Below are positions 37,345 to 50,440 of a DNA stretch of 64,000 nt, piece by piece. Source of the DNA: Macrostomum lignano (taxonomy: Eukaryota). The DNA lies in the NCBI GenBank assembly GCA_002269645.1, contig NIVC01000643.1:1-64000 (forward strand). The letters run 5' to 3'. Under the pieces are notes generated by a model. It saw nothing but the letters and a program-made list of their open reading frames with translations, did not search any database and was not told the origin of the DNA. Each line of letters begins with the position of its first letter. The stretch's first letter is position 1. The position numbers and the translations under genes were made by a program.

Positions 37345-39917
37345 TTATCCTCCAGTGAGCTGCTGCTGTCCTTGCCCTCTGATTCTTCAGTGAGCTGCTG
37401 CTGTCTCTGCCCTCTGATCCTTCAGTGAGCTGCTGCTGTCCTTGCCCTCTGATTCTTCAGTCAGCTGCTGCTGTCCCTGCCCTCTGATTCTTCAGTGAGC
37501 TGCTGCTGTCCCTGCCCTCTGATTCTTCAGTCAGCTGCTGCTGTCCCTGCCCTCTGATTCTTCAGTGAGCTGCTGCTGTCCCTGCCCTCTGATCCTTCAG
37601 TGAGCTGCTGCTGTCCCTGCCCTCTGATCCTTCAGTGAGCTGCTGCTGTCCTTGCCCTCTGATTTTTCAGTCAGCTGCTGCTGTCCCTGCCCTCTGATCC
37701 TTCAGTGAGCTGCTGCTGTCCCTGCCCTCTGATCCTTCAGTGAGCTGCTGCTGTCCCTGCCCTCTGATTCTTCAGTGAGCTGCTGCTGTCCTTGCCCTCT
37801 GATTCTTCAGTGAGCTGCTGCTGTCCCTGCCCTCTGATCCTTCAGTGAGCTGCTGCTGTCCCTGCCCTCTGATCCTTCAGTGAGCTGCTGTCCCTGCCCT
37901 CTGATTTTTCAGTGAGCTGCTGTCCCTGCCCTCTGATCCTTCAGTGAGCTGCTGCTGTCCCTGCCCTCTGATCCTTCAGTGAGCTGCTGTCCCTGCCCTC
38001 TGATCCTTCAGTGAGTTGCTGTCCCTGCCCTCTGATCCTTCAGTGAGCTGCTGTCCCTGACCTCTGATCCTTCAGTCAGCTGCTGTCCCTGCCCTCTGAT
38101 CCTTCAGTGAGCTGCTGTCCCTGCCCTCTGATCCTTCAGTGAGCTGCTGTCCCTGCCCTCTGATCCTTCAGTCAGCTGCTGTCTCTGCCCTCTGATCCTT
38201 CATTGAGCTGCCGTCCCTGCCCTCTGATCCTTCAGTGAGCTGCCGTCCCTGCCCTCTGATCCTTCAGTGAGCTGCTGTCCCTGCCCTCTGATCCTTCAGT
38301 GAGCTGCTGTCCCTGCCCTCTGATCCTTCAGTGAGCTGCTGCTGTCCCTGCCCTCTGATCCTTCAGTCAGCTGCTGCTGTCCCTGCCCTCTGATCCTTCA
38401 GTGAGCTGCTGCTGTCCCTGCCCTCTGATCCTTCAGTGAGCTGCTGCTGTCCCTGCCCTCTGATTCTTCAGTGAGCTGCTGCTGTCCTTGCCCTCTGATC
38501 CTTCAGTGAGCTGCTGCTGTCCCTGCCCTCTGATCCTTCAGTGAGCTGCTGCTGTCCCTGCCCTCTGATCTCTCAGTGAGCTGCTGCTGTCCCTGCCCTC
38601 TGATTTCTCAGTGAGCTGCTGTCCCTGCCCTCTGATCCTTCAGTGAGCTGCTGTCCCTGCCCTCTGATCCTTCAGTGAGCTGCTGTCCCTGCCCTCTGAT
38701 TTTTCAGTGAGCTGCTGTCCCTGCCCTCTGATCCTTCAGTGAGCTGCTGCTGTCCCTGCCCTCTGATCCTTCAGTGAGCTGCTGTCCCTGCCCTCTGATC
38801 CATCAGTGAGTTGCTGTCCCTGCCCTCTGATCCTTCAGTGAGCTGCTGTCCCTGACCTCTGATCCTTCAGTCAGCTGCTGTCCCTGCCCTCTGATCCTTC
38901 AGTGAGCTGCTGTCCCTGCCCTCTGATTTTTCAGTGAGCTGCTGGCCCTGCCCTCTGATCCTTCAGTCAGCTGCTGTCTCTGCCCTCTGATCCTTCATTG
39001 AGCTGCCGTCCCTGCCCTCTGATCCTTCAGTGAGCTGCCGTCCCTGCCCTCTGATCCTTCAGTGAGCTGCTGTCCCTGCCCTCTGATCCTTCAGTGAGCT
39101 GCTGTCCCTGCCCTCTGATCCTTCAGTGAGCTGCTGCTGTCCCTGCCCTCTGATTCTTCAGTGAGCTGCTGTCCCTGCCCTCTGATCCTTCAGTGAGCTG
39201 CTGCTGTCCCTGCCCTCTGATTTTTCAGTGAGCTGCTGTCCTTGCCCTCTGATCCTTCAGTGAGCTGCTGCTGTCCCTGCCCTCTGATCCTTCAGTGAGC
39301 TGCTGCTGTCCCTGCCCTCTGATCCTTCAGTGAGCTGCTGTCCCTGCCCTCTGATCCTTCAGTGAGCTGCTGTCCCTGCCCTCTGATCCTTCAGTGAGCT
39401 GCTGCTGTCCCTGCCCTCTGATCCTTCAGTGAGCTGCTGCTGTCCTTGCCCTCTGATTCTTCAGTCAGCTGCTGCTGTCCCTGCCCTCTGATCCTTCAGT
39501 GAGCTGCTGCTGTCCCTGCCCTCTGATCTCTCAGTGAGCTGCTGTCCCTGCCCTCTGATCCTTCAGTGAGCTGCTGTCCCTGCCCTCTGATCCTTCAGTG
39601 AGCTGCTGCTGTCCTTGCCCTCTGATTCTTCAGTCAGCTGCTGCTGTCCCTGCCCTCTGATCCTTCAGTGAGCTGCTGCTGTCCCTGCCCTCTGATCTCT
39701 CAGTGAGCTGCTGTCCCTGCCCTCTGATCCTTCAGTGAGCTGCTGTCCCTGCCCTCTGATCCTTCAGTGAGCTGCTGCTGTCCTTGCCCTCTGATTCTTC
39801 AGTCAGCTGCTGCTGTCCCTGCCCTCTGATTCTTCAGTGAGCTGCTGCTGTCCCTGCCCTCTGATCCTTCAGTGAGCTGCTGCTGTCCTTGCCCTCTGAT
39901 CCTTCAGTGAGCTGCTC
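37345..39917. repeat. 2.6-kb 35/32-bp minisatellite immediately upstream of the Smad start
   Basis: CAGTGAGCTGCT(GCT)GTCCCTGCCCTCTGATCCTT. Confidence 0.97.
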
Positions 39918-40129
39918 TGGAGTCTGTATGGCGTTTTTCCTGTTAATAGAGGCCGCCTTTCTCTACACTCTGACATAAAAGACGCGAAAAATGTGTTTTA
40001 CACTATGTTAAAAATACCAATGCCAAAACAAAGCAGCGAGGACATTGTCAAGGTTTGACATGACTAGTTTAAACTTTGAATCTGCAAACCTTCAATGTGC
40101 CAGTGCAACAAGGAACTGAATTGCTACTT

Positions 40130-41481
40130 CGGGAATACGAGATTTGCTAGCAGGAAATCTGCTAGCCGAAGTTTGCTAGCGAGAAATTTGCTTGCCGAAA
40201 TCTGCTAGCCAAAATCTGCTAGCCGAAGTTTGCTAGCCGAAGTTTGCTAGCCGAAGTTTGCTAGCCGAAATTTGCTAGCCGAAATCTGCTAGCCGAAATC
40301 TGCTAGCCGAAATTTGCTAGCCGAAATTTGCTAGCCGAAGTTTGCTAGCCGAAGTTTGCTAGCAGGAATTTTTCTGGCCGAAAGTTGCTAGCAGGAATTT
40401 TGGTAGCGAGGATTTAGCTAGCCGAAATCTGCTAGCGAGAATCCAATCAAAACCGGCAAGCAGCAATTTGGCTAGCCGAACTCAGGAAGTAGTAATTAGC
40501 TAGAGACAATTTGCTTGTCCAGTTTCGCAAGAATTTCACTAAATCCTCTATAGCGTCGCTCCACTTTTACCAATCCTCTTCAAATTGGACAAAATCCAAT
40601 TTTCAACTATTTTGACACAATCGTGTATAAAGTTTCGAGTCTCGAAGTTAATTCCTAACGGCACTGTGTACTTTTAAAGTTAGTCTGCTTTTCGTCATCG
40701 AGACAGCCACCCCAACCTCCGCCTCTCTCTCCTTCCTGACCACTGGACAGATGTGTGAAAGGGGTTTAAAATTAACTAACTTTCAGCTGCCATAAGTTTG
40801 CTCCACGTACAGCGATTGACTTCAAACTTGATACAATTCTTCATTGACTCATTCTCTGTCTAAATATAGTCTTAACTTTGTACCTCAGTTAGAACAGAAA
40901 CTGTAGGCATGTGAAGTTTGTCTGCTTTTTCTGTTGTTTGTGCTACTGCACTCACTCATTCCCCCAGACCAAGGATCAGGTGATAGGGCTCAATGTACAT
41001 AGCAAATGTACAGTGTTTTGGAATAATTCTTTTTATAGCCTTTTCTGCTAACGTTTAGCCATGACAGTTTAGTAAGGAATTCAAATACTGTCCCTAACTA
41101 CGAGCTATCTGATTGCGACTTGAGAGTATTCTGTCCCCCACAATGACAAACTGACTTTCCAAGCACTTGAACTGATCCTGATGCTTTTAGTTATAAAATA
41201 TTTGGGATTTTTACCCACTTCTCTGGATTCTTTTAGCTAAAACAATGCATTGCCATTGCCAGAAAACAAGCAATCTTTTGACGCCGGTTGCAAAAAGTTC
41301 GGTCAGCAAATTCCTGCTAGCAGATTTCGGCTAACTAAATCCTCGCTAGCAAAATTCCTGCTAGCAAGCTTCGGCTAGCAGATTTCGGCAAGCAAACTTC
41401 GGCTAGCAGATTTCGGCAAGCAAATTTCTCGCTAGCGAACTTCGGCTAGCAGATTTCCTGCTAGCAAATTTCATAGACCCG
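40130..41481. mobile_element. Non-autonomous foldback element with inverted 14-bp subterminal arrays
   Basis: Termini CGGGAATACGAGATTTGCTAGCAGGAAATC and CGGGTCTATGAAATTTGCTAGCAGGAAATC; flanks CTACTT (or GCTACTTC) duplicated. Confidence 0.85.
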
Positions 41482-44400
41482 CTACTTCAGCTGCTCTAGT
41501 TAGTTCTCATTTCCGGGTGAACTGAGTGGGGCTGTGCTGTGCCTGCCCGCACTCTGGGCTGGGTTTGAGTGAGCTGGGGGGCTGCTGGAGTCATTGGGTG
41601 CGAACTGCATTTGCCCCCCCCCCTCCGCCAGTCTGCCTGCAATCTGAGCGATGACAGCAGGGCCTGAATGGCTTGCTTTAACTTGCCACTAGAATGATCT
41701 GCATATGTTGCTAATAATATATGACTGTCTTTAAATGGTGCTAGAATACACATATATCTTTCTCATACACCTTAAGGGTTTTCCTAGGCCCTAGATTAAC
41801 ATAGTCAAATAAATGCATAAGACCCATAATGTGATATAGTTACTAATTCTTATGGTTTGTCTAGGCAATGAAGGCTGGAATTAATAGTGCATTCCATAGA
41901 ACTATGACTATTGATAAGTGATGGAAATAAATTGCAATATGAAATACGCAGCTCATTAATGAACTACTTATATATAAACCTCATTCTTATATCTTAATCT
42001 ACATACAGGCATCAAAGAAATGCATGCATAAAAATGACTATTTACAAGTTACTCTGTGCTAGAAGGCTAGACAGTCTGTATACTCCTAGCCTTTTTACTT
42101 CTACCTCAAGTGTCTATTATGCCTATCTATTGTAATGGCTATAGTAAGAAAGGTCAGAGTTTGCTAACACAAAAGGTGAAGCCTTACTAGGTGGGCTGAT
42201 AAATATTTATTTATTTTGACTATGGATAAAATCACACCACCTGAGTGGGGGTAGAGAATTGCCACACTTGAAGTGCATGGATTTGTACATAATGTACACA
42301 AGGCCAATATACATATAAGTTGGGCTTGTGCGAGCACTACATCTATAAAATTATTAATATAGAGCCTAAGACACAATATACAGCCTAACAAAGAGCTGGG
42401 GCATTTATACTTATTGAATACATTAATAAATACTATGAGTAAAACATCAAGATTGCCTTGTTAAATCTGATCACTAAATATACAATTACAATTAAAAACA
42501 AAAGCTAGGCCTAGACAAAGGCTGAGATACCATATACTTGACAAAGAAAGAAATAACCCTAAATACCAGATTGCAAAATTGAATTCTACCAACTTAAATC
42601 AAAAATATAAATTATATAAGCCCAGTTAGGGCTGACACACTATAGTCTAGACAATAGACATATCATTATCAAGTAAGTAAATGGCCTAAGTGAAATATCA
42701 AGATATAGATTAAAACTATAAGAGCCATGCCTATGCCTTATATTATATAGCATAGTTGACAATCAGTTGCAAAAAATACAAAAGCATTGTTGCAATTGCT
42801 ACTTGTTTATTTTTGTATTAACATGTAATTGTCTCATACTTAAGTTGCTAGTTGCATAGGCCTTACCTGTCACATTTGTTTTTTTTCTTTGGATCAGGGT
42901 AATCAATCACATAGCCAGGAGGGAGGCAGCAAAGACCTAGCCTGCTTTCAAAATTCTAAAGAAAAGGTTTCTTTTTCCCATGAAAATTTATACAAAAAAT
43001 CTAGGCCATTTTGTAGAATTATTTGTTAAACTTATGGTATGCATGTTTTTTAGCTATTGACATAAAATTCAAAAAATTAATGATGCCAACATTTTAGAAA
43101 TGTTTTGGCATTAAAATATTGACATATTTGTTAGTTTAAGGGCTAGGCAAACCTTTTGAGGTAGCATAATCTATGTTGGGGCAGGTTGTCCACCAGCCAT
43201 TTTTAAGTGGAAAGCACTTTATTTGCAATATTTGCAGCTGTCATGGGCAAAGAGTAATAGGGCTATCTGGCCTTAGAAGTTGCGATCCATGCAGTTTGCA
43301 CATAACTCTGCACTAAATAAGATAACTAGGTTCAGTCTACACAAGATTTTGTTTAGTACCCTAGCCTTTTAGCTGGAAAACATCTTGATGCAGCAATTGA
43401 TAGGAAAGGAGAAGAGAAGGAAGGCACCCATATGTAGCAACACGGTCGTGCTCTGCAAATTGTGCTCCCAAATTAAAGTTGCCTATTTTGTGCTCTGGCA
43501 GATTATGAAGGCCTAGTCTGATAGGCATGAGTACCAAAAAGCTACAGCAAAGCCCTTTGCTTTGGGGCAATTGGTTTGAAAGAAGCTCAGCAGCATGAAA
43601 AGGGTTCATACATGCGCAACCTCCAAAATTTGGCCAGCCATGTGACTTAGTTTTAACAAAAATGCAACATAGTTTTTGGCCAAAAATGCAACTTACATGT
43701 AAAAGAATTCAAAATTAACGCAACTTTGGGTAAACGGCAGGAGTAACTATGACTGGCTTATTAAGGCAAAATGCCTCATCATCTACTTAGTACTACTTTG
43801 GTATTTATTTGGGTGGGCATTTTTGCAAAATACATTTGTTGGCCACCAAATCAGTCGACCAGATCGGCCAACTCAGCTAACTGTTGCACATGTATGAGGG
43901 GGTATATAGGAGAAAAGCTTGCTATGTTCAAGTCAAAGAGCAAATACTGGGTAGTAAGCTGGAATGGGTGGACATATTGTTTCACACTAAAGGGAGGTGC
44001 TGCAATTATATTCTAGCACCACAACTGCTTGGAGCAGGCACCAGAGAGCAGTTGGTTTCATTGACAAAGTTGATAGTACCGGAAGTGGGTCAAAAAGGGG
44101 AGGCTACATAGGAATATGTACCAAGCTTGGACATAGACACAAGTAATTTTGAAACAGATGAGGATCTAGGGACACTTGTACAATGAGAATTGCTAAGACA
44201 CCCTCCTTTTTATGGTATATAAAGGGGTGGATTTTGGCTATCTTGCAGAATCATTAATTAAACTCACAATATAGGCCTACAAATTTTAAGCTATTGACAT
44301 GAAACTTTTCAAAAATGAATATTTTCATAATTGCCAACATTTTAGAAAGGGTTTGGCATTAAAATTCTATTGTAAAGGTTACAATATAGGTCTAACTTTT

Positions 44401-44980
44401 ATTGCAATTTTTAAGTTTTACAGAATTTTAATGACTATTAACAATTATGCAATTATGAATTTGTATGCTGATGTCACTGGCAAAAATGTGTATATGGCCA
44501 AAATTAGTTACAAACTTAGGGGCTCTAAGGAGAAGGGTTTGGGGTTAGAAAAAATTTCATTGCTAAGCTGTGTGAAGACTAAAAAAATACAGAAATTGTC
44601 AATCTTAGCAAAAGTGCTAGCTTACAAGCCAAGACATGTATATTTATCTTATTTACTATTTGTGACAACCCTCTGTAATATATATGCGCCACCTAGAGAT
44701 ACATTGCATATACCATAGTCTGGATCATGGCAGGCATATGCTAGAATAAAAAGTCATGTTTTTTTTCAATTTTATGATGACGCTAAATTAAAAAAAAGTT
44801 ATGCCTAGCCAAGAGTTGCTTGTATGCCAATTGTTTTAAAGAATATATATATTTATAAATAAAACAGTTTTTTTACCATGATGGTTTTTTGCTGAAAACT
44901 AATATTCTTTGTTTTAAATTTGTTTTTCTTGTAAATTTTGTAAATATTTATTTTTTATTTTAGTTTCTAGATATTTTAGG

Positions 44981-46145
44981 AGCTTTTATTGGTTGATATT
45001 TAACTACACAATTACATTAGCTCTCACAAGATGTCTATTCTTTGTAAACCAACTGTGTATACTTTATGTTGAACCTAAAAATTCTATATGCTAAGTGTAT
45101 GCCAAGATTGTCAATGAGAACAAAAATATACCAGAATTTTTCTATGTAAAGGCCACCTTCCAAACTTATTATGGCCTTTTTAGATTTTTGGCAAAGCTAA
45201 TAGATTGGCAAACAATATTAGCTACTTCAAATAAACCCAATCAGGACCCATAGTCAAGAAAATGGCCTTTTTCATAGAAAATTCCAGCACAAAAGGGGGT
45301 TGGACATGCACTGCGCCGGCATATTCTAGCACAAAAGCAGGCAAAAGAGAAAAATCTGGCACAATATGACACAAGACAAAAAAATTGGCACAATTTAGTG
45401 CAAGAAAAAACTTCTAATGAGACAATATTTTCTCTGATAGCAAATTAACATATATAATTTCTTGTAATTAGCACTTTTTCTTTGCTGGTGTATTGATAGC
45501 TTTTTAATTAAATCACGTTAATATTGCATTTTCTATGAAACATATTCAAACACAAGTTTTACTAGTGTTTTTCAAATAGAAAATAACTGATTTTTGTATT
45601 TTTTTCAAAAAGTTGTGGTACATAATGTGAATAAACTTTTTTGATAAGAATAGTTCTGGCCCATGGCGCAAGCAAACTTTTTTGATAAGATTTGTTCTGG
45701 CGCATGGCGCAATCAAACTTTTTAATAGGATTCATTCTGGCACAGGTATGCCATGATTCTGACTAGGCCTATAGATCAAGACCAAGCACTTTTTTAGCAT
45801 TAGATATTGATTAATAATAACTGAATTGCCCTGTTTTGGTGATGCCTTGGCAACGCAAGGGTATAATACTAACATGAAAGTTTGAGTTTTTTTTAGGGGA
45901 GGAGTATCATTAGACCTAGCAGAAAATATTAGGGCATAGCATATGCTCTATAGGCATAGTCTAGGTGGCCTTCCCTTTACGCCAGAAAATTCTGGTATAT
46001 TTTTGCTCTCACTGACAATCTTGGCATACACTTGGCGTATAGAACTTTCAGGTTCAACATGAAGTATACACAGTTGGCGTACAAAAAATAGACATCATGT
46101 GAGGGCTAATATAATTGTGTAGTTAAATATCAACCAGTAAAAGCT
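44981..46145. repeat. Long inverted repeat: arms 44981-45140 and 45986-46145, with internal ~41-bp direct repeats
   Basis: Ungapped 160-bp hand alignment shows 14 differences. Confidence 0.9.
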
Positions 46146-46929
46146 CTTAAAAATAATCAAAAACTAAAATTATGCCATATATGGCATAGCTAGCTATACT
46201 CCTATTATAGCTTTTGTTTTAAAAAATATCAATATAAAATAGGCCTAAGATATTGAAGTAGAAATGGTTGGAGGAAATCAGATTCTCAGGTGGGTGGAGA
46301 AAGTGGAAAAAGGAAAAACCATTGAAAATGTATAACGAACGATTCGAGAATGCCGTAGCCTCTAGCTAAAACCACGTACAAAAGCATGTACTTTAAAAAA
46401 CCGTATATACACTTAGTTAACATGCAAGGCATTAAAAGTAAGCCCATGTAGAAAATAAATCACGTAAGTCTTAAAGCTTTAAAGCATGTTTAGGCTAATT
46501 TCTATTAAAAAAACACAATAATACTCTTTTCGAACCTAAACAATGATTCACATGCTTTAGACTGGAAACTAAGGCAGTTGAGAAAAAGGTAAAATTTAAA
46601 TGCAAAGAGTTTTTTGCTTTTTATGACTTAGCATATTAAGTTTATATATGTTTTCTTTTTCGTTATGTTAAGGCCCTTGGGGTTTTAAAACCGGAGATAT
46701 CTAGATTTTTTGGACCCAAAAATTTTAAATCTATAAAGTAGAGTAAAACTGATTTATCAAACGAAAAATGTAAGTCTCTTACAGTATTATACATCAAACG
46801 CATTTTTACTCTAAACACATTAAACTTACTCGACATGTATTGGAGTCCACAATAAAATTTGGCACGCTATATTTATAGATAAAATGTTTACATGTACATG
46901 CATACTTTAGTGTTTCTGCACTTCAAATG

Positions 46930-47700
46930 GTCGCAGTCGACACAGAGGAAGATGAAATTCTAGAGGAATATGAAGAGAGTTTTATCAGCAGCGGTAGACG
47001 CATCGGGTACCCGTTCATTCGGTGCGGGGTACGTATGCCAAGATGAGCAACAAAAAAGTGAGCTGGTATTATATATGTGCCCATGGAGCGAGGAGATAGT
47101 GTTGTGCATATTTCGAGGTTTTTGAACGTAAAGATAGAAGAGTGTGTATGCTTAAGAACTGACTAAACGCTGCAAACGACTGCGTTGAGGAGATCAAACA
47201 TCAAAGCTATAAGGCTATCATAGTTCGTGCAATTGCATGCTTCTCCGGAGTCGCTGGGATGCCAGCCCACTGTTAACATTGGAGTTGCATTGGAGCATTC
47301 AGTCGCTGGCCTGCGGGTCGAAGGGATCGAGGAATGCTGACTTACCGGTCACACAGAACATGCTAAAGAATAAGGCACGTTGACAATAATTTGCGCAGTG
47401 GTTGCTTGACTTGCCTCTGGATAATTGTTAATTTATCTACATGTACAATTAAGCACATGTATTGTACAATGATGATCAGACGGGGTTCAGCATATGGATC
47501 GGACATGATCGTCTCTTGGGCGTGAATGTCATCTCCAGGCCATCTCACACTGCCTCGTGCCTGCGGTTGCACCACAAGATTTTGGCCAAACGCTAACTAT
47601 ACAAATGTGTTCTAGGATTTCATCAAAGAGTTTACTTACATGTATCACTGTAAACACCTGTGAGGACATCGAGAATAGATGTATAATCAATTCTGCAGTT
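46930..47700 (+). mobile_element. Decayed Mutator-like (FLYWCH-type) transposase remnant
   Basis: SFISSGRRIGYPFIRCG..WYYICAHG..CCAYF resembles FLYWCH; a later W..HDR..HHK fragment; many stops and shifts. Confidence 0.35.
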
Positions 47701-48193
47701 AAAATTGGACGACGGCGTATGCTCGATTCCACAACCGGCGTGAGGGTCCCGGAACAATTTGAAGCTAAGCTGGCACTTCTAATCGATTATTTAATTCCAT
47801 GCTTGCACTTTCTGTTCGTTTCAAAATGTTGTACTAACCATGCATAGATCTTATATTCACTAGATAGGCCACTTTGTATTGCGGCAATAAGGAAAGTTCG
47901 ACCGCTGTTTTTCGTCACTTTTGCGAAAAAAAAGCCGACATGGGTGGCTTAAACTTTGAGTTCAGTAGCTTAGTCCCTATTTTTGAGAATTTGATAGACT
48001 TCTCGCGAATTAAATAAAAAGCTACTCCATCAAACTAAAGAAAGATGCATGCACTGCAGAGACTACTGACGAAATTGCGTTCAGTAGTTGATTTTCGCGC
48101 TGTCGCGAGCTGCAATTTTTTTACATTAGGTTGATTCTATGGCCACATAAGTGGTTAATGAGTGGCCCATCTTGTGTATATATTTGATCTTTG

Positions 48194-48978
48194 GTATCGC
48201 TTTTGACGCTCTAGATAAGACTTTAGACATTCAAAATAAGACTGCATAGGATCGCAAGCAAGGCCAGGCTAGCCACGGCCAGAGCAAGCCCAGTCTTGGC
48301 TGCAGGGATGGCTTGGCCATAGACTAAAAAATGGAATATCAAAATGAGAATAAGACGCTCAATATGAGACCGGGAGTGAACGTAATTTATTTGCTTTTTG
48401 GCAGTCACCATACAGACTTTTTGGCAGACGTGAGGACATTTCCTTGAGTGTGAGGAAGGGATTTTCCTCCAGCGTCTCAGTCAGGAAGTCTCTCATCTCG
48501 TTGTCAGCCTTGCAATTTTCTTCTCTCCGACCGCCACGAGGTAGGGATTCAACTCTGCCATGGAGGCGGAACTCCGCAGCGATCCTAAAGGCGGACGCTC
48601 TCTTGATCTTGAGAATTTGAGCGGCAGCTAGGATGGTTGATCCATTGTTTACTGCGTCGATCCGACGCTGACGGTCTGCTGCAGGAATCGATGGTGCCAT
48701 CACAGTGAAATCCAAGGGGTCAGATGCAACCCAAGGGGTGAAGAAGGAGAGCTGGCTGAGGGTCAGAGGGTTAGAGCGATATCTGAAGGCTTTCACACTC
48801 AGTCTCATATTGAGCGTCTTATTCTCATTTTGATATCCCATTTTTTAGTCTATGGCCAAGCCATTCCTGCCGCCAAGACTGGGCATGCTCTGGCCGTGGC
48901 TAGCCTGGCCTTGCTTGCGATCCTATGCAGTCTTATTTTGAATGTCTAAAGTCTTATCTAGAGCGTCAAAAGCGATAC
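48194..48978 (-). mobile_element. Tc1/IS630-like internally deleted element with ~180-bp TIRs
   Basis: 48194-48375 is the inverse of 48800-48978. Interior encodes only an N-terminal HTH region (MAPSIP..RGGRR..FLTETLEENPFLTLKEM). Confidence 0.8.
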
Positions 48979-49007
48979 TAAATAAACTTGCACATTTCAG
49001 AGCAATC

Positions 49008-50156
49008 ATGAGGCTGCAGTTGCAACTAATAATTGCAACCTGCATGAGCCTGACAACTGTGGTGTACTATTTAATTGCGAAGAACTCAATGCTGCCGCAG
49101 CCAGCTGCTTGGATTTTCAACCAGTCTGAAGCAAACTTTCAAGTTTTGAAGTCTCAAGCGCCGATTTACGCCATACCCTTGAATATTGAGGCTCTGAGGC
49201 TGAACTTCCCGAAGCTGAAGGAGGCCACCAAGAGGCACAGCGGGCCGCACAGAGGCCGGCTGGACCAGATGATGCTGAGCTACGTGCCGGAGTTCAACAC
49301 TACAGCGTGGACGCTGCACAGCCCCAGCGGCAGGCGCTTCACCATAGCAGAGGTCCAAGCCGTCGCCAAGTCCACCATTCGGCCTGGCTATCCGGTGCCA
49401 AACGTTGCCCACTTTGTGCTCCCCTTCGGCGACACCCAGCTGCAGTTCCACCACATGGTCAGCCTCCTCAGCTGCGTGCACGTGATGAAGCCGCACCGCC
49501 TGATGCTGTGGTACGCTCCCGGTAGGTTGCCCACCGGACAGTGGTGGGACCGAGTGAGGAAGAACCTCACCGAGGTGGAGTGGGATGAAATGATTATCAT
49601 GGTGCAGAGGCCGGTCCCCAAATCGGTGTACTCGGTGCCAGTTCACGGCAGAGAGCACCAGTCGGATGTGATGAGGCTGGAGGCCGTGCTTGTATTTGGC
49701 GGCGTGTACCTGGACATCGACGTGCTCGTGCTGAAGCCGCTGGACCCTCTGCGGAAGTTCGACTTCACCATCGGTAGAGAGGTTTCCTACGGTCTGTGCA
49801 ACGGCATCTTCATGTCGGCTCCGAGTGCAACTTTTCTGGCCATGTGGCACACTGCATACCAGGTGTTCGATGATAACGCTTGGGGCGACCACTCTGTGAA
49901 GTTGCCGCACTCGATGCAGCTGGCGTTCCCGGACCTGTGCCACGTGGAGGAGGACAGCCTGGACCGGCCGAACTGGACTTCGGAAGAGGTGGTTTGGATC
50001 TTCGGGATCGGGCAGCAGCACCACTGGGACTGGCGGAGAAAGAACTACGCTGTTCACCTGTACGGCAAATTCAACGATGAGAACTTGTCTAGCGTTAGAA
50101 GCTTGAACTCCATGTACGGGGAAATGTGCCGCTACATTCTTTTTGGGAGCAGCTGA
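49008..50156 (+). CDS. GT32 alpha-1,4-glycosyltransferase (A4GNT/A4GALT-like), single coding exon
   Basis: Type II TM N-terminus; VPNVAHFV; HQSDVMRLEAVLVFGGVYLDIDV; LCNGIFMS; intact ORF; TTTCAG acceptor 7 nt before the ATG. Confidence 0.88.
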   Translation: MRLQLQLIIATCMSLTTVVYYLIAKNSMLPQPAAWIFNQSEANFQVLKSQAPIYAIPLNIEALRLNFPKLKEATKRHSGPHRGRLDQMMLSYVPEFNTTAWTLHSPSGRRFTIAEVQAVAKSTIRPGYPVPNVAHFVLPFGDTQLQFHHMVSLLSCVHVMKPHRLMLWYAPGRLPTGQWWDRVRKNLTEVEWDEMIIMVQRPVPKSVYSVPVHGREHQSDVMRLEAVLVFGGVYLDIDVLVLKPLDPLRKFDFTIGREVSYGLCNGIFMSAPSATFLAMWHTAYQVFDDNAWGDHSVKLPHSMQLAFPDLCHVEEDSLDRPNWTSEEVVWIFGIGQQHHWDWRRKNYAVHLYGKFNDENLSSVRSLNSMYGEMCRYILFGSS

Positions 50157-50440
50157 TGCCTCTGAGTTCGCTTTAAAGGTTCATATCTAGTATTCAGCGG
50201 TATTTTTACAGCAATCAATTTTAACTAATTGAAACTTCTAATTCATTAAACGTTGCAAATATGCACTTTGTCCAGAGCATACTTTTGTGTTAACCTTCTA
50301 TTTTAGTTATGGTTTGCTGTAATTTCCTGACCTTAACTTGCATCAGTTGGCGAAATAAAGCAGCTCGTTTTGACAAACCGCTAAACAAAGCGTGTTAATT
50401 GCGCTTGCATCAATAGGGCTTGACGCTGAAGACTATATAT

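Noticed and set aside
43370-43640. Plus-strand frame faintly resembling a Polinton polB N-terminal motif
   Set aside because: Multiple stops and too few matching residues to support the call.
44299-44718. 139-aa ORF in the AT-rich domain
   Set aside because: It overlaps degenerate repeats, has biased composition and shows no motif.
48942-49007. N-terminal extension of the GT32 ORF
   Set aside because: It starts inside a transposon TIR upstream of a good acceptor; ATG 49008 gives a normal type II anchor.
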